Assembly: GCA_963824495.1 (NCBI GenBank)
Contig: CAWGPQ010000006.1
Location: 1-64,000 of the forward strand
Direction: 5' to 3'
Length of the DNA: 64,000 bases
From: an uncultured bacterium
Lineage (GTDB): Bacteria > Babelota > Babeliae > Babelales > Babelaceae
The translations under genes and the position numbers were made by a program. Below, piece by piece: positions 54,438 through 64,000 of this stretch. The stretch's first letter is position 1; each line of letters begins with the position of its first letter. The notes below the pieces were generated by a model that was not told where the DNA came from, searched no databases, and saw nothing but the letters and a program-made list of their open reading frames with translations.

Positions 54438-55112
54438 TTATAACTGTTCGCGTGTCGGTGCTATAAGCTTTTTCGAAAGCGCGAGAAATGGTGTGCTTAG
54501 TGCAATAGTTACAAGCTTAATAGTATAACTAACAATAATAATTTCTCCAAGATTGCTGACAATACCATAGAGTCCTAAGAAGCTAAAAAGTATGGTATCA
54601 AGAAGCTGCGTAATGCTCAATGATACGTAATTACGAATAACAAAATAATCTGTACCAAGCCGCCATTTTAAAAATCCATACATAAGCACTTCTAATTGTT
54701 GCGTAATGACATATGAAATAAGCGAAGCGATTATAATGCGTGGCATGGGTGACATAAGCGCCCTATAATATATATTGCTTGTGTCAGCAGAACTGGGTAT
54801 ATAAAGAAGCTGTAACAAAGAAAATATTCCATAGACAACCATACCAAAAAAGCTGATCCAAATTGTTTTTTGAGCAATCTTGCGCCCATAAAATTCTTGT
54901 AAAAGATTAAGCGAGAGCGTAGCGCCAATGGCAAGAGCATCAGATGCAGTTGCAGCAAGACCGAAGAGCGTAATTTGTTTAAGAACAAATAAATTGGCTA
55001 GAATCCATTCAATACTTATGAGTGCTACAAGCGCTTCTTTGCCTAGAGCGAGAGCACAAAGTGCAGCAACACTTACGGTAATGCAGTATATAAAAAATAT
55101 AAGCTCATTCAT
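54438..55112 (-). CDS. yhhQ: Queuosine precursor transporter (YhhQ/Vut_1 family)
   Basis: ANLFVLKQI, QEFYG, PRIIIASL, RNYVSL.ITQLLDT; directly upstream of tgt. Confidence 0.88.
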   Translation of the reverse strand: MNELIFFIYCITVSVAALCALALGKEALVALISIEWILANLFVLKQITLFGLAATASDALAIGATLSLNLLQEFYGRKIAQKTIWISFFGMVVYGIFSLLQLLYIPSSADTSNIYYRALMSPMPRIIIASLISYVITQQLEVLMYGFLKWRLGTDYFVIRNYVSLSITQLLDTILFSFLGLYGIVSNLGEIIIVSYTIKLVTIALSTPFLALSKKLIAPTREQL

Positions 55113-55460
55113 ACTATCACATCCGATGTGCAGAAATGATTAAGCTACAGGCTAATGGAAAAAAATAACGAAAAGTAATTATAGCAAATTTTGCCATGTT
55201 TATGTCCCGATAGCGCATGTTAAGTACATAGAAAATTTTGATGTTATTATTTTTTTTGTCAACAAAGAAAATTCCTGTTATCTATACGAAAGTACCCTCA
55301 ATGGTTCTGCCAAAGGCTATTAATATTAATTTCAATTAATAAAAATAAAATAGTAAAAGCCCTTTTTACAAAACAATAAAATAACGTTAAAGTTGACTAT
55401 ATAAAAGCATCAAGCAAACAAATTACACTGTACTCATGAAATAATCAGAAGGCTAAGCTT

Positions 55461-56882
55461 ATGAAAAAACTTCTTTTCCTGCTCATAGGTGTGCTTGTTA
55501 TTTTGACTGTCCCGAATAAGAATTTAGTAGCTTCTGCTTATATTGACGATATTAGTCGCTTGAACAAGACACGTGTTGCCGGTGTGGTGCGACCTAAAAG
55601 TCTTAAAGATCTTCAAACTCTTGTTACTTATGCAAAACAGCATATCTACAAAATTGCTATTGCCGGTAAACGATATAGTCAAGGTGGGCAAACACTTTGC
55701 AAGAATTGCATTATTATCGATACGCAGTGCTTGAACAACGTTATCGCGCTCGATATGGTGAGAAAAACTATTACGGTGCAGCCGGGTATAACATGGAAGC
55801 GTTTACAGGAATATGTTAGTCCTCATGGTCTATCTGTTAAAGCTATGCAGTCATACAATGACTTTACGGTCGGTGGGTCTCTAAGCGTTAATGTTCATGG
55901 CCAGGATATTACTGGAGGATCACTCATAAGCACTGTGCTAGAACTTAAAATTCTCTTGGCAGATGGATCTATCGTATCTGCAAGCACGTCAGAAAATACT
56001 GAGTTGTTTCGTTTGGTTATTGGTGGCTATGGCTTGTTTGGTATTATTGTAGAGGTTACCTTATTGCTTACCGATGACATAATGCTCAATAAAAAAGTAA
56101 CGTCCATTGATACCCATGAGTACTATAGGTTTTTTCATAAGCGGATAAAAAATAACCCTCGCGTAGCATTACATTCTGCCCGGCTTTCCGTAGATCCAGA
56201 TGCTCTCTTTAACAAAACACTGGCAATAACGTACTATAAAACTGGTGACTATATACCTGGAGGTTATGAGCTTAAGCCCACAAGACATGATGGCAATGTT
56301 CAAAAAGTTGGCTTTAATCTTTTGCGACATTTTGATATAGCTAAAAAATTACGTTTTTTTATAGAAAGTAACTTTATCGAAAAACCTGAAATAATTTCAC
56401 GCAACAATGCCATGAGATATTCAGTAAAAGATCTCGATTTTGGTGATGGTACATCAACAAATATTCTTCAAGAGTATTTTGTGCCTACAGAAAAGTTAGA
56501 AGCTTTTCTTACTAAGCTTAGAGAAAGTATTAAGCGTTATAATATTAATCTTTTAAACGTTACGATTCGTTATGTTCCTCGCGATAAAAAATCATTTTTG
56601 CCTTATGCTCGAACAGACTCTTTTGCGCTTGTGCTGTATATTAATCACAAGATTAAGCAGTCAGATATTTATACCATTGCAAGCTGGACACGCCATATAA
56701 TTAATGCAGTGCTTGCATGTAATGGTACATTTTATCTTCCCTATCAGCTTTATGCTACTCATAAGCAATTAAAAAAAGCGTATCCCATGATACACGAGTT
56801 CTTTGAGCTCAAGAAAAAATATGATTCTCAAGAACTCTTTAGTAATGCATTATATATCCGTTATTCTTCATTGGGCATATAA
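55461..56882 (+). CDS. FAD-binding oxidoreductase (VAO/aldonolactone oxidase-like)
   Basis: AGKRYSQGGQ, FTVGGSLSVNVHG, LVIGGYGLFGII, GTFYLPY. Confidence 0.85.
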   Translation: MKKLLFLLIGVLVILTVPNKNLVASAYIDDISRLNKTRVAGVVRPKSLKDLQTLVTYAKQHIYKIAIAGKRYSQGGQTLCKNCIIIDTQCLNNVIALDMVRKTITVQPGITWKRLQEYVSPHGLSVKAMQSYNDFTVGGSLSVNVHGQDITGGSLISTVLELKILLADGSIVSASTSENTELFRLVIGGYGLFGIIVEVTLLLTDDIMLNKKVTSIDTHEYYRFFHKRIKNNPRVALHSARLSVDPDALFNKTLAITYYKTGDYIPGGYELKPTRHDGNVQKVGFNLLRHFDIAKKLRFFIESNFIEKPEIISRNNAMRYSVKDLDFGDGTSTNILQEYFVPTEKLEAFLTKLRESIKRYNINLLNVTIRYVPRDKKSFLPYARTDSFALVLYINHKIKQSDIYTIASWTRHIINAVLACNGTFYLPYQLYATHKQLKKAYPMIHEFFELKKKYDSQELFSNALYIRYSSLGI

Positions 56883-56989
56883 ATGTGGTATAAGGCAGGT
56901 AGCAGGACTGCTTCTTGCGATGATAGAAGAATTTGTGCTGCTTTAAGGTCCCTATCAGCGTGCTCAAGCCATTCTTTATGCTCTTGCAT
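56861..56989 (-). pseudogene. Truncated HEPN-domain toxin gene
   Basis: MQEHKEWLEHADRDLKAAQILL...ALYH then stops; overlaps the end of the MNT gene. Confidence 0.7.
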
Positions 56990-57308
56990 AAATTTTCTTT
57001 CCTTGTCGCTTAATTTTGTAGTGTAAAGATGAGGTCCTTTCTGATGCTTGCTCGAACTCTTTTTGGCTTAGCAACAAAATATCTTTAGGAACTGGAAGCC
57101 CAACAAGAGCACGGTGACCTTCAACAAACGCTCGGTAGCGATCTTTAACTTCTGTATCAACTACGACAAGAAGGTCAAGATTGCTTTCTCCATCTGGGCA
57201 GCCCCAGGCATAAGAACCAAATATGTAAATTGCAAGAGGATTGTACGTTTTAATTAACTTATCTCGAGCGTCATTTACTATTTTTTCAAGTGATTGCTTA
57301 TTAATCAT
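56976..57308 (-). CDS. Minimal nucleotidyltransferase (MNT antitoxin)
   Basis: IYIFGSYAWG.PDGESNLDLLVV (first Asp replaced by Asn), PKDIL. Confidence 0.85.
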   Translation of the reverse strand: MINKQSLEKIVNDARDKLIKTYNPLAIYIFGSYAWGCPDGESNLDLLVVVDTEVKDRYRAFVEGHRALVGLPVPKDILLLSQKEFEQASERTSSLHYKIKRQGKKIYARA

Positions 57309-57511
57309 AATGTGCTCCCTTGATTCTATGAGACCATGATTTTAGTATACCAAAATATACTGCTGCTATTAATTGTATGATCCTAAGAACATAGCAAAAA
57401 CATGACGATTCGGGCTTTTTTACAAGTAAAAGGGACAATTCTTTAAAATCGGAGCTTACTTTTAGTATGAGCTAATATAACACAGAATATTATCTTTTAT
57501 AACTGGCCCAT

Positions 57512-59599
57512 ATGAGCACTACTACCAAATATATAGAATTTTTTCTTATTCTAGCAATCTCGTTTTGTTCAACACGGTTACTTAAAGCTGAAAGCTCGAG
57601 TAGCTTGCCATTTCAATTTCCAAGAGCAGGGTACAAACTTGATTATGACTTTGGAGACGACCAGAGCTTTTGCGCTCCATTAAATAATTTCTCTTACGAT
57701 ACGCCTGATTATTCATGCAAAGATATTTACCCATATCAAGAGTTTTCGTATTTCCAACAAGAACCAACCCTAGCCAGATCGCTATCCTCTACGCCATCTG
57801 CTGCTTATGACATGTATCAACATATACGTACTATACGTATGCGCCGAGACCGTCCTTTAACACGACGAGAAGAGCGGATAGCTGAGAGTATACGTCAGGA
57901 ACTTAATCAGCAACGTGAGTATGAAGAACAACAAGAGAAAGAGCGTATATTTCGACGTAATCTTAAAGATTACACAAAGAAGATTTCACCAACGCTACCG
58001 ACACCAATAAAGCACTGCTTAAAAAAGGATAATCGATTTGTTGATAATTACCGTGAACTGGTAGAAACAAATTTTTCATCTAACCAACACTATCTTACTG
58101 AAAAAGCTAAGAAATGGAAAGCACTTCTTGATTGTCGTGGTGATGACCTAAGACCACATGAATATAAATGCTATAGTCGCCGCCTGGAAGCTCTGGACCA
58201 ACTGAAACAGAATAATGTAGCCTGGGAATCACATAACTACACAATATCGCCAGAGATTGATCATGTACTACAGCATTACGGTATTGATCAACGACTTTAC
58301 ACTCAATGTGTGGGCAATACTCTACAGCACGTACTGCATCAAGAAATACTCGAAACTCTTGATGGCTTTTCGCAGCTTGATACACGCAAGTACACCGACC
58401 CTTTATTATATCGCCTTTCCGATACTGCAGTTTATAGTGCAGAATTGGGCCGCTTCTGTAATAGTGTTGGTTGTATGGAGCAAGGCTTTGATAGTAGCGA
58501 TTTTGCTTGGAGTATTGTTGATTTCTTAGGTACCTATGGCTACGCAATAAAAGATGGTTTCTCGGCAGAATGCTCTCGATTCTTCAGCTCTTTCTTTCAC
58601 CCAATTGATACTGCTCGTGATCTTATTCATGCTACCTATGAGGTTAGCAAGCTTCTGGGCAAGCTTGTTTATAAACGAATTTATTGGAAGTATTTAAGCT
58701 ATACCAATAGGGAGCTCTTACTAGAGGAATGCATTCGTACTTACGAAGATGCTCTCATGGTTATTGAAGCTGTTGAAAGTCATATTAAAAGCACACCTCC
58801 TCCTGAGCTTGTTAAAAATGCAACAGCATTTCTCACAAGCTGGTTTATTCCTGGTGCTTCGATCAAGGTAGTCAAATCGCTTTTAAAAGCAAGTCGTGGT
58901 GTAGATTGTCTTGCTCTGGCTAAACGTTTTAGAACGTTAACTCAAGCAGCAAAGGCAAGGGTAATTATACAAAACCCTGGAACTGTACTTCTTGCTAACG
59001 CTTTTGAAACTCTTGAAGAGCTTGTTGAAATTGGCAAAGATACCGCAAAAAGAGCTTGTGGTGCTGTCTGCAATACTAAGCACCTTATAAAACTTAAAGC
59101 TCTTGAGCATATTTTGCTAAATAATGAAGAGATCGAGAAGTTAGCTTGTATGTATAATAATGTGCTTGAGGGATTCGCTCAAATCAATTTTAAATCAATT
59201 ATTATTAACTCTGCGCATATACTTGGGCCAGAAATTAGATGTGTAAAGAAAGGTCTGGAATTATCTGGGTTTCATCATGATTTTATGGGCTTTATACAAA
59301 AGGCTGGCATAATACTATTTGATTGTATTAAAGAAGAAGCACATGGTATCTATAGTGCCAACTGGTATTACAATGGTATAAAAAAGCAATCAACATTTTT
59401 CCCAAAAGCATGGGATAGAGCTAAAGTAATAGAAAAGATTATAGAAGCATATAAAAATCAAGAATTTCGCGAGTTAACATCTCAAGGCAAATGGAGAGTT
59501 AGGGGCATGACCAATGAAGGAATAAAAATAGAAATAATCATAAACAAACTGGGTGAAATGACTTCGGCATATCCAATAATTTCCTTGAGAAAATTATGA
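57512..59599 (+). CDS. Polymorphic toxin with C-terminal bacterial EndoU ribonuclease domain
   Basis: HILG...LSGFHH...KQSTFFPKAW...IIEAY...GMTNEGIKIE...TSAYP; N-terminal signal peptide. Confidence 0.8.
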   Translation: MSTTTKYIEFFLILAISFCSTRLLKAESSSSLPFQFPRAGYKLDYDFGDDQSFCAPLNNFSYDTPDYSCKDIYPYQEFSYFQQEPTLARSLSSTPSAAYDMYQHIRTIRMRRDRPLTRREERIAESIRQELNQQREYEEQQEKERIFRRNLKDYTKKISPTLPTPIKHCLKKDNRFVDNYRELVETNFSSNQHYLTEKAKKWKALLDCRGDDLRPHEYKCYSRRLEALDQLKQNNVAWESHNYTISPEIDHVLQHYGIDQRLYTQCVGNTLQHVLHQEILETLDGFSQLDTRKYTDPLLYRLSDTAVYSAELGRFCNSVGCMEQGFDSSDFAWSIVDFLGTYGYAIKDGFSAECSRFFSSFFHPIDTARDLIHATYEVSKLLGKLVYKRIYWKYLSYTNRELLLEECIRTYEDALMVIEAVESHIKSTPPPELVKNATAFLTSWFIPGASIKVVKSLLKASRGVDCLALAKRFRTLTQAAKARVIIQNPGTVLLANAFETLEELVEIGKDTAKRACGAVCNTKHLIKLKALEHILLNNEEIEKLACMYNNVLEGFAQINFKSIIINSAHILGPEIRCVKKGLELSGFHHDFMGFIQKAGIILFDCIKEEAHGIYSANWYYNGIKKQSTFFPKAWDRAKVIEKIIEAYKNQEFRELTSQGKWRVRGMTNEGIKIEIIINKLGEMTSAYPIISLRKL

Positions 59600-60033
59600 A
59601 TTACATAATATTAAAAAGAATTGATAAAAATGATTATTGGCCCATCAAGAAAAATAAAATAAGCAATTTATATAATTTGTGGTCACTTTTTAATAGTACC
59701 GCATCACCAGAGATCCTTCTTAAAGAGTGGATACTAGATCCATCACAAGAAGTTTTAAGCACAAATAATTGTTATCTTCGCAAAGAGGGGAACAACGTGG
59801 TTGTGAGTGAATTATGTGGTTCTGATGATGAAAACGATGCTTATGCTATAACAGTACCGAATCAACAACTGTGTGCTTTAGTAGATGAATGGTATAAGCT
59901 ATGCCAAGCAGATGTAGAAAAGATTATCATATGGTCTGTTGGCGATGACTTTACAATTTCTGAATATCTTGAGCCGGAAGAGTTATCCACAAATAATGAC
60001 CCAAGGAAAAATAGCTACTCTAGCATATCGTAA
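59596..60033 (+). CDS. Putative cognate immunity protein
   Basis: ATGA overlap with the toxin stop; small acidic protein. Confidence 0.65.
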   Translation: MNYIILKRIDKNDYWPIKKNKISNLYNLWSLFNSTASPEILLKEWILDPSQEVLSTNNCYLRKEGNNVVVSELCGSDDENDAYAITVPNQQLCALVDEWYKLCQADVEKIIIWSVGDDFTISEYLEPEELSTNNDPRKNSYSSIS

Positions 60034-60034
60034 A

Positions 60035-60118
60035 ATGATAAATTTCGTAACAATCTGCAAGGGTTTGCGTATAGGTGAAGTGATTTCAGCATATCCTCTA
60101 ATCAAAAGTGCATTATGA
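60035..60118 (+). pseudogene. Orphan EndoU toxin C-terminal remnant
   Basis: CKGLRIGEVISAYPLIKSAL* parallels EGIKI...GEMTSAYPIISLRKL*; same TTATGA coupling to the next gene. Confidence 0.7.
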
Positions 60119-60510
60119 ATTACAGAATATTAAGAAAGATTGGTAAAAATGATTACTTTCCTATAAATGATATAACAAGCGATGTGGATATATTATGGTT
60201 ACTTTTAAATGGCACACCAACACTTGATCTCTTTCTTAAGGACTGGATAGTAGATCCCCTTCAAGGAGTTTTAAGTACAAATAACTGTCTCCTATGGAAA
60301 GGAGGTGATAAGGTAACCATAAGCTTTTTATATGCTGAAGTTGACCCCGAAGATGATCCTAATGCACTCTTAATAACAAAGCAACAACTTTGCGATTTGG
60401 TAGACCGATGGGATAAGCTCTGTGAAGCAGATGTGGAAAAGATTATTATATGCGGTATTGGTGGCGATTTTACAGTTTCTGAATATCTTGAGCAGGAGCG
60501 ATCACTATGA
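60115..60510 (+). CDS. Second (orphan) immunity protein, paralog of 59596-60033
   Basis: Shares MNY.IL..I.KNDY.PI, LK.WI.DP.Q.VLSTNNC, QQLC.LVD.W.KLC.ADVEKIII. Confidence 0.7.
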   Translation: MNYRILRKIGKNDYFPINDITSDVDILWLLLNGTPTLDLFLKDWIVDPLQGVLSTNNCLLWKGGDKVTISFLYAEVDPEDDPNALLITKQQLCDLVDRWDKLCEADVEKIIICGIGGDFTVSEYLEQERSL

Positions 60511-61130
60511 AGAATTACTGTATTATTAATGGGGGGAAGTAAAAATTGGCGTATTTATAGGTGAAAATTTAAATAACAAAATGACTTCTGAAGAAATTGC
60601 GATTCTTAGGCAACAAGCAGAAGAAGATATATATAAAAAGTACACACTTGAGAATATTACTTCTATACCAAAAATAACAGATTGGCGTGAGGCATATCGC
60701 TCCTTTGGATGTAAACCGTCAGAGTATAGAAGCTCTATAGAAGCATTACTGAGAAGGGTCTTACAGGGCAAACAACTACCTTTGATCAATGCCATTGTTG
60801 ACATTTATAACCTTATTTCTATCAAGCACGTGCTTCCTGCCGGTGGTGGAGATCTTGATAAGATTAAGGGAACAATTAATTTAACAATCTCCGAGGGAAC
60901 AGAGCACTTTGTAATGCTCGGATCCTCGAATTCGGTATCAATAAAATCTGGTGAAGTGATTTATTCTGATGATAGCCAAGTGCTATGTCGTGCTTGGAAT
61001 TATCGGGAATCTGATAAAACTAAAATCACTGAAGATACAAAAATGTTTACCTTCTCCTGGAAGGCCTAAAAAATACATCCGATGAAGAAATAACTGACGC
61101 GCTTTCTGAACTAGCCGCACTAATTTCTTT
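60507..61130 (+). pseudogene. B3/B4 tRNA-binding/editing domain protein, frameshifted and truncated
   Basis: WREAYRSFG.KPS.YRSSIEALLRR, INAIVDIYN, CRAWNYRESDKT; frame breaks near 60530 and 61040. Confidence 0.75.
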
Positions 61131-61553
61131 TACCAACCGTGTTCCGAGTAGTTAATGTTTTGCTGAACGCATTTAATAACTTGTTGGTGAGCAGGAATAG
61201 TATGTTCTGGAAGTTGATCTATTCTAAAAAACCGCCATGTCATCATGTTTTTCTGGTTCATTGTTACGTGGTGCCTGCATATTCGTAATGTCCACTTTAA
61301 AACAAAGAGCAACCAATTCAGTTTCAGTTCCTTTGCGATGTAACGTGTGTACCAACTCGAATGCGGGCTCAGGTATTTCAAGTGCTGTTTCTTCACATAC
61401 TTCACGCTTGATAGCCTTCCTGGCCGTTTCACCCTGTTCTACTTTGCCCCCTATTAAACTGTATAATCTATCACCAAAAGTTGCATTACAACGACGAGCC
61501 AACAAGACCGTGTCACCAGTACATAAGAATGCCAGAGCAAACAGGTTAATCAT
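61130..61553 (-). CDS. NUDIX hydrolase (frameshift near 61230)
   Basis: GGKVEQGETARKAIKREVCEET Nudix box; NNEPEKHDD; C-terminus FFRIDQLPEHTIP in another frame. Confidence 0.8.
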
Positions 61554-61590
61554 ATGAGTGTGCTCGTCAGTTTTTGGATAAGCAGATTAT

Positions 61591-62292
61591 TCATTTGTAT
61601 GCCGATCGGTCAGGTAGATTGCTCATGGCATAAAGTACTTTATCTTCTTTAAGCGCAAATCTACCTTGTATATATTGAGCAAAATTTTGCTTTTTTAGCA
61701 CAAGACTATCATAGCCTGTTTTGAGCAGCCTGAGGGTGAGCCCAGCAAGAATGTGCTCCATAGTTTGGGTAATATTATCCAGAGAATTGATATTCTCAGT
61801 CATGAGCTCGATTTCTAAAAAGGTACCAAGATCTACAACTTCGTCTATATAAATAGTGAATATTCCACTGGTATAAGAAGATCTCATTTTGTCGACAATG
61901 CGATGATTAATAAGTTGATTATCCCGCATGAACAGCTGTACATCTGGCGATGCTAAGTGCCTTAGTCCAAGAAGTGGAGCTAGATCGTTAAGTGCTGTAA
62001 GATTTTCTTGGCGCAAGGGTAATGCAAAGCTATATTCTTCACAATAAGGTTGAAGATCAAGATCTGGGTTATATAAGCATTCACGATTGAACTTGATGTC
62101 CATTTTTTTGTTATTTCGTATGCGAATATAGATACCCTTTTTAAGAAAGTCAGCATCTGTGGTATCAAGATAGCTGTCAACTACTCGCTTATGCTCTCGT
62201 GGATTTAAACGTGCTAGAAATGCTGGTAATTGTGTGATATCAACTACTTCGTAGCGCAATTCTATCTCTATATTATTCGTGTTTTTGTTCAT
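61591..62292 (-). CDS. CYTH-domain protein
   Basis: IEIELRY, DSYLD, IRIR, VDKMR, IDEVVDLGTFLEIE, GY. Confidence 0.8.
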   Translation of the reverse strand: MNKNTNNIEIELRYEVVDITQLPAFLARLNPREHKRVVDSYLDTTDADFLKKGIYIRIRNNKKMDIKFNRECLYNPDLDLQPYCEEYSFALPLRQENLTALNDLAPLLGLRHLASPDVQLFMRDNQLINHRIVDKMRSSYTSGIFTIYIDEVVDLGTFLEIELMTENINSLDNITQTMEHILAGLTLRLLKTGYDSLVLKKQNFAQYIQGRFALKEDKVLYAMSNLPDRSAYK

Positions 62293-62438
62293 GTTTTTCA
62301 GCCCGTAAAGAAGCGATGGTCAGAAGTTTAGCTACTCATGTAATGCAAGCTTAAGAAAGCAGCTTAAGATCAATTAACTAAAATTTAACAGACAATAGCA
62401 CATGCGTCAAAAGAGTGATAAGTAATATGTTGTGCTTG

Positions 62439-64000
62439 CTATACTAAAACGATTTGATCACCGAGCATCTCTACAGTAATTGCTTTTTTGTCGGGATTAC
62501 GTAGTAAAAGCTGTGATACTGGCACGCTAATATACTGCTGTATTGCACGCTTAAGGGGACGTGCACCGAATTCTGGTTCATAGCCGAGTCGGGCAAGAGT
62601 ATCGAGTACTTTTGGCTCAACTTTGAGGGTAATAAAGCGTTCAGCTAAACGTTGAATAAGACGGTCAATTTGCAAGCGAGCTATAGCAATGATATCATCA
62701 TGCGTGAGCATGTTAAATATAACAATGGCATCGATACGGTTAAGAAATTCTGGCTTAAATGTACGTCGTACGACTTCGTTAATTGCAGCTCTGACACGGT
62801 CATTTACCTCTTGAGCTTTAAGAATAATATCTGAGCCTAAATTTGATGTCATGATAATAATGGTATTTTTAAATGAGACTGTGCGGCCTTGGCTGTCAGT
62901 CAAATGACCTTCATCAAGAACTTGTAAAAAAATATTAAATACATCCGGATGAGCTTTTTCTATCTCATCAAAGAGCACAACACTGTACGGATGTCGTCGA
63001 ACTGCTTCAGTAAGTTGGCCACCTTCTTCATAGCCAACATAGCCGGGAGGCGCACCGATAAGACGTGCAACGCTATGTTTCTCCATATATTCAGACATAT
63101 CAATACGGATAAGTCGCTTGGGGTCGTTAAACAAAAACTCCGCTAAGCTACGTGCAGCTTCGGTTTTGCCAACACCGGTGGGACCTAAAAATAAAAATGA
63201 GCCAATCGGTCTGTTCGGTTCGGCAAGCCCTGTTCTATGTAACTGAATAGCATGGGCAATCTCGCTGATGGCTTGATCTTGCCCGATAACATGCTCACGT
63301 AAAATTTGTTCCATTGCGAGAAGTTTTTGTGTTTCGCTTGCTTGAAGCTTCTCGGCTGGAATACCCGTCCAGCGTGAAAGAATCGCAGCGATATCACTTT
63401 CGTCAACCTCTTCTTTAATGAGCGTTGTGCCAAGAGCTTTAATTTTTTCGTTTTCTTGCTTAAGCTCTTTTTCTAATTTCATGAGCCGGCCATACTTAAT
63501 TTCTGAAGCTCGAGCAAAGTCACCTTCACGCTCTGCTTGTTGAAACAAGTTCTGCGTGACCTCTATGTCTGTTTTAATTTTATTGACAAGCTCAAGTGGC
63601 GCTTTTTCAGCTTTCCATTTATTGAGCAGTGTGTAAAATTCTTCACGAAGTTTAGCCAATTCGCTTTCTAAGTCGGTTAATCGTTTTACTGATTCATCAC
63701 TTTTTTCTTTAAGCAGTGCTACTTTTTCAATTTCAAGCTGTCGTATACGGCGATCAAGTTGATCTATTGCTTCCGGTTGTGATTCGATAGACATCTTTAC
63801 CATAGCTGCAGCTTCGTCAACAAGATCTATGGCTTTATCGGGAAGGAATCGTTCGGGTATATTGCGTGCGGATAATAGGACAGCATCGACGAGAGCCTGA
63901 TCTTTAATACGAATACCATGATGCAGCTCATAGCGTTCTTTAAGGCCGCGTAAAATAGAGATAGCATCTTCAATTGAAGGCTCTTCAACAAGAACTTGCT
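62439..64000 (-). CDS. clpB: ATP-dependent chaperone ClpB (5' part beyond the window)
   Basis: RFLPDKAIDLVDEAA, middle coiled coil, GPTGVGKTE, RIDMSEYMEKHSVARLIGAPPGYVGYEEGG, FGARPLKR. Confidence 0.96.
   Translation of the reverse strand, partial: QVLVEEPSIEDAISILRGLKERYELHHGIRIKDQALVDAVLLSARNIPERFLPDKAIDLVDEAAAMVKMSIESQPEAIDQLDRRIRQLEIEKVALLKEKSDESVKRLTDLESELAKLREEFYTLLNKWKAEKAPLELVNKIKTDIEVTQNLFQQAEREGDFARASEIKYGRLMKLEKELKQENEKIKALGTTLIKEEVDESDIAAILSRWTGIPAEKLQASETQKLLAMEQILREHVIGQDQAISEIAHAIQLHRTGLAEPNRPIGSFLFLGPTGVGKTEAARSLAEFLFNDPKRLIRIDMSEYMEKHSVARLIGAPPGYVGYEEGGQLTEAVRRHPYSVVLFDEIEKAHPDVFNIFLQVLDEGHLTDSQGRTVSFKNTIIIMTSNLGSDIILKAQEVNDRVRAAINEVVRRTFKPEFLNRIDAIVIFNMLTHDDIIAIARLQIDRLIQRLAERFITLKVEPKVLDTLARLGYEPEFGARPLKRAIQQYISVPVSQLLLRNPDKKAITVEMLGDQIVLV

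Noticed and set aside
55113..55460. preQ1 riboswitch upstream of yhhQ-tgt
   Set aside because: No convincing preQ1 stem-loop plus A-rich tail found by eye; an Infernal search would be needed
59983..59991. Isolated perfect DnaA box
   Set aside because: Single 9-mer within a coding region; compatible with chance

Overview
The window joins two unrelated sequences. Bases 1 to ~4693 are GC-rich and heavily frameshifted, and look like a Planctomycetota genome (HlyD adaptor, M50 peptidase-HlyD fusion, larC). At ~4693 this is fused mid-gene to an AT-rich segment (~4694-64000) resembling Candidatus Dependentiae/Babeliae (TM6), which are protist endosymbionts; both taxonomic calls are inferred from gene style, not from a search. 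The AT-rich part starts with a ~15 kb array of glycosyltransferases (GT2 and GT32-like) carrying signal peptides or anchors, plus a flippase. It then has a tandem family of four secreted proteins with constant ends and a variable hydrophobic core, plus silent tail fragments. Housekeeping genes include aspS, nfo, infB, nusA, a uracil-DNA glycosylase, comEC, mnmG, mraY, a TrmH methylase, tgt with yhhQ, and clpB. Other elements are a probable oriC (two inverted, 11-bp-phased DnaA-box arrays and DnaA-trio tracts), a 182-bp IS200/IS605-type mini-element in an ankyrin gene, a Skp1/BTB-like LRR candidate effector, a complete IS3 inside a serine hydrolase pseudogene, decayed toxin-antitoxin modules, and an EndoU polymorphic toxin locus with an orphan toxin tip and a second immunity gene. 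I saw no rRNA, tRNA or CRISPR array. All calls come from reading motifs by eye; no database searches were run.
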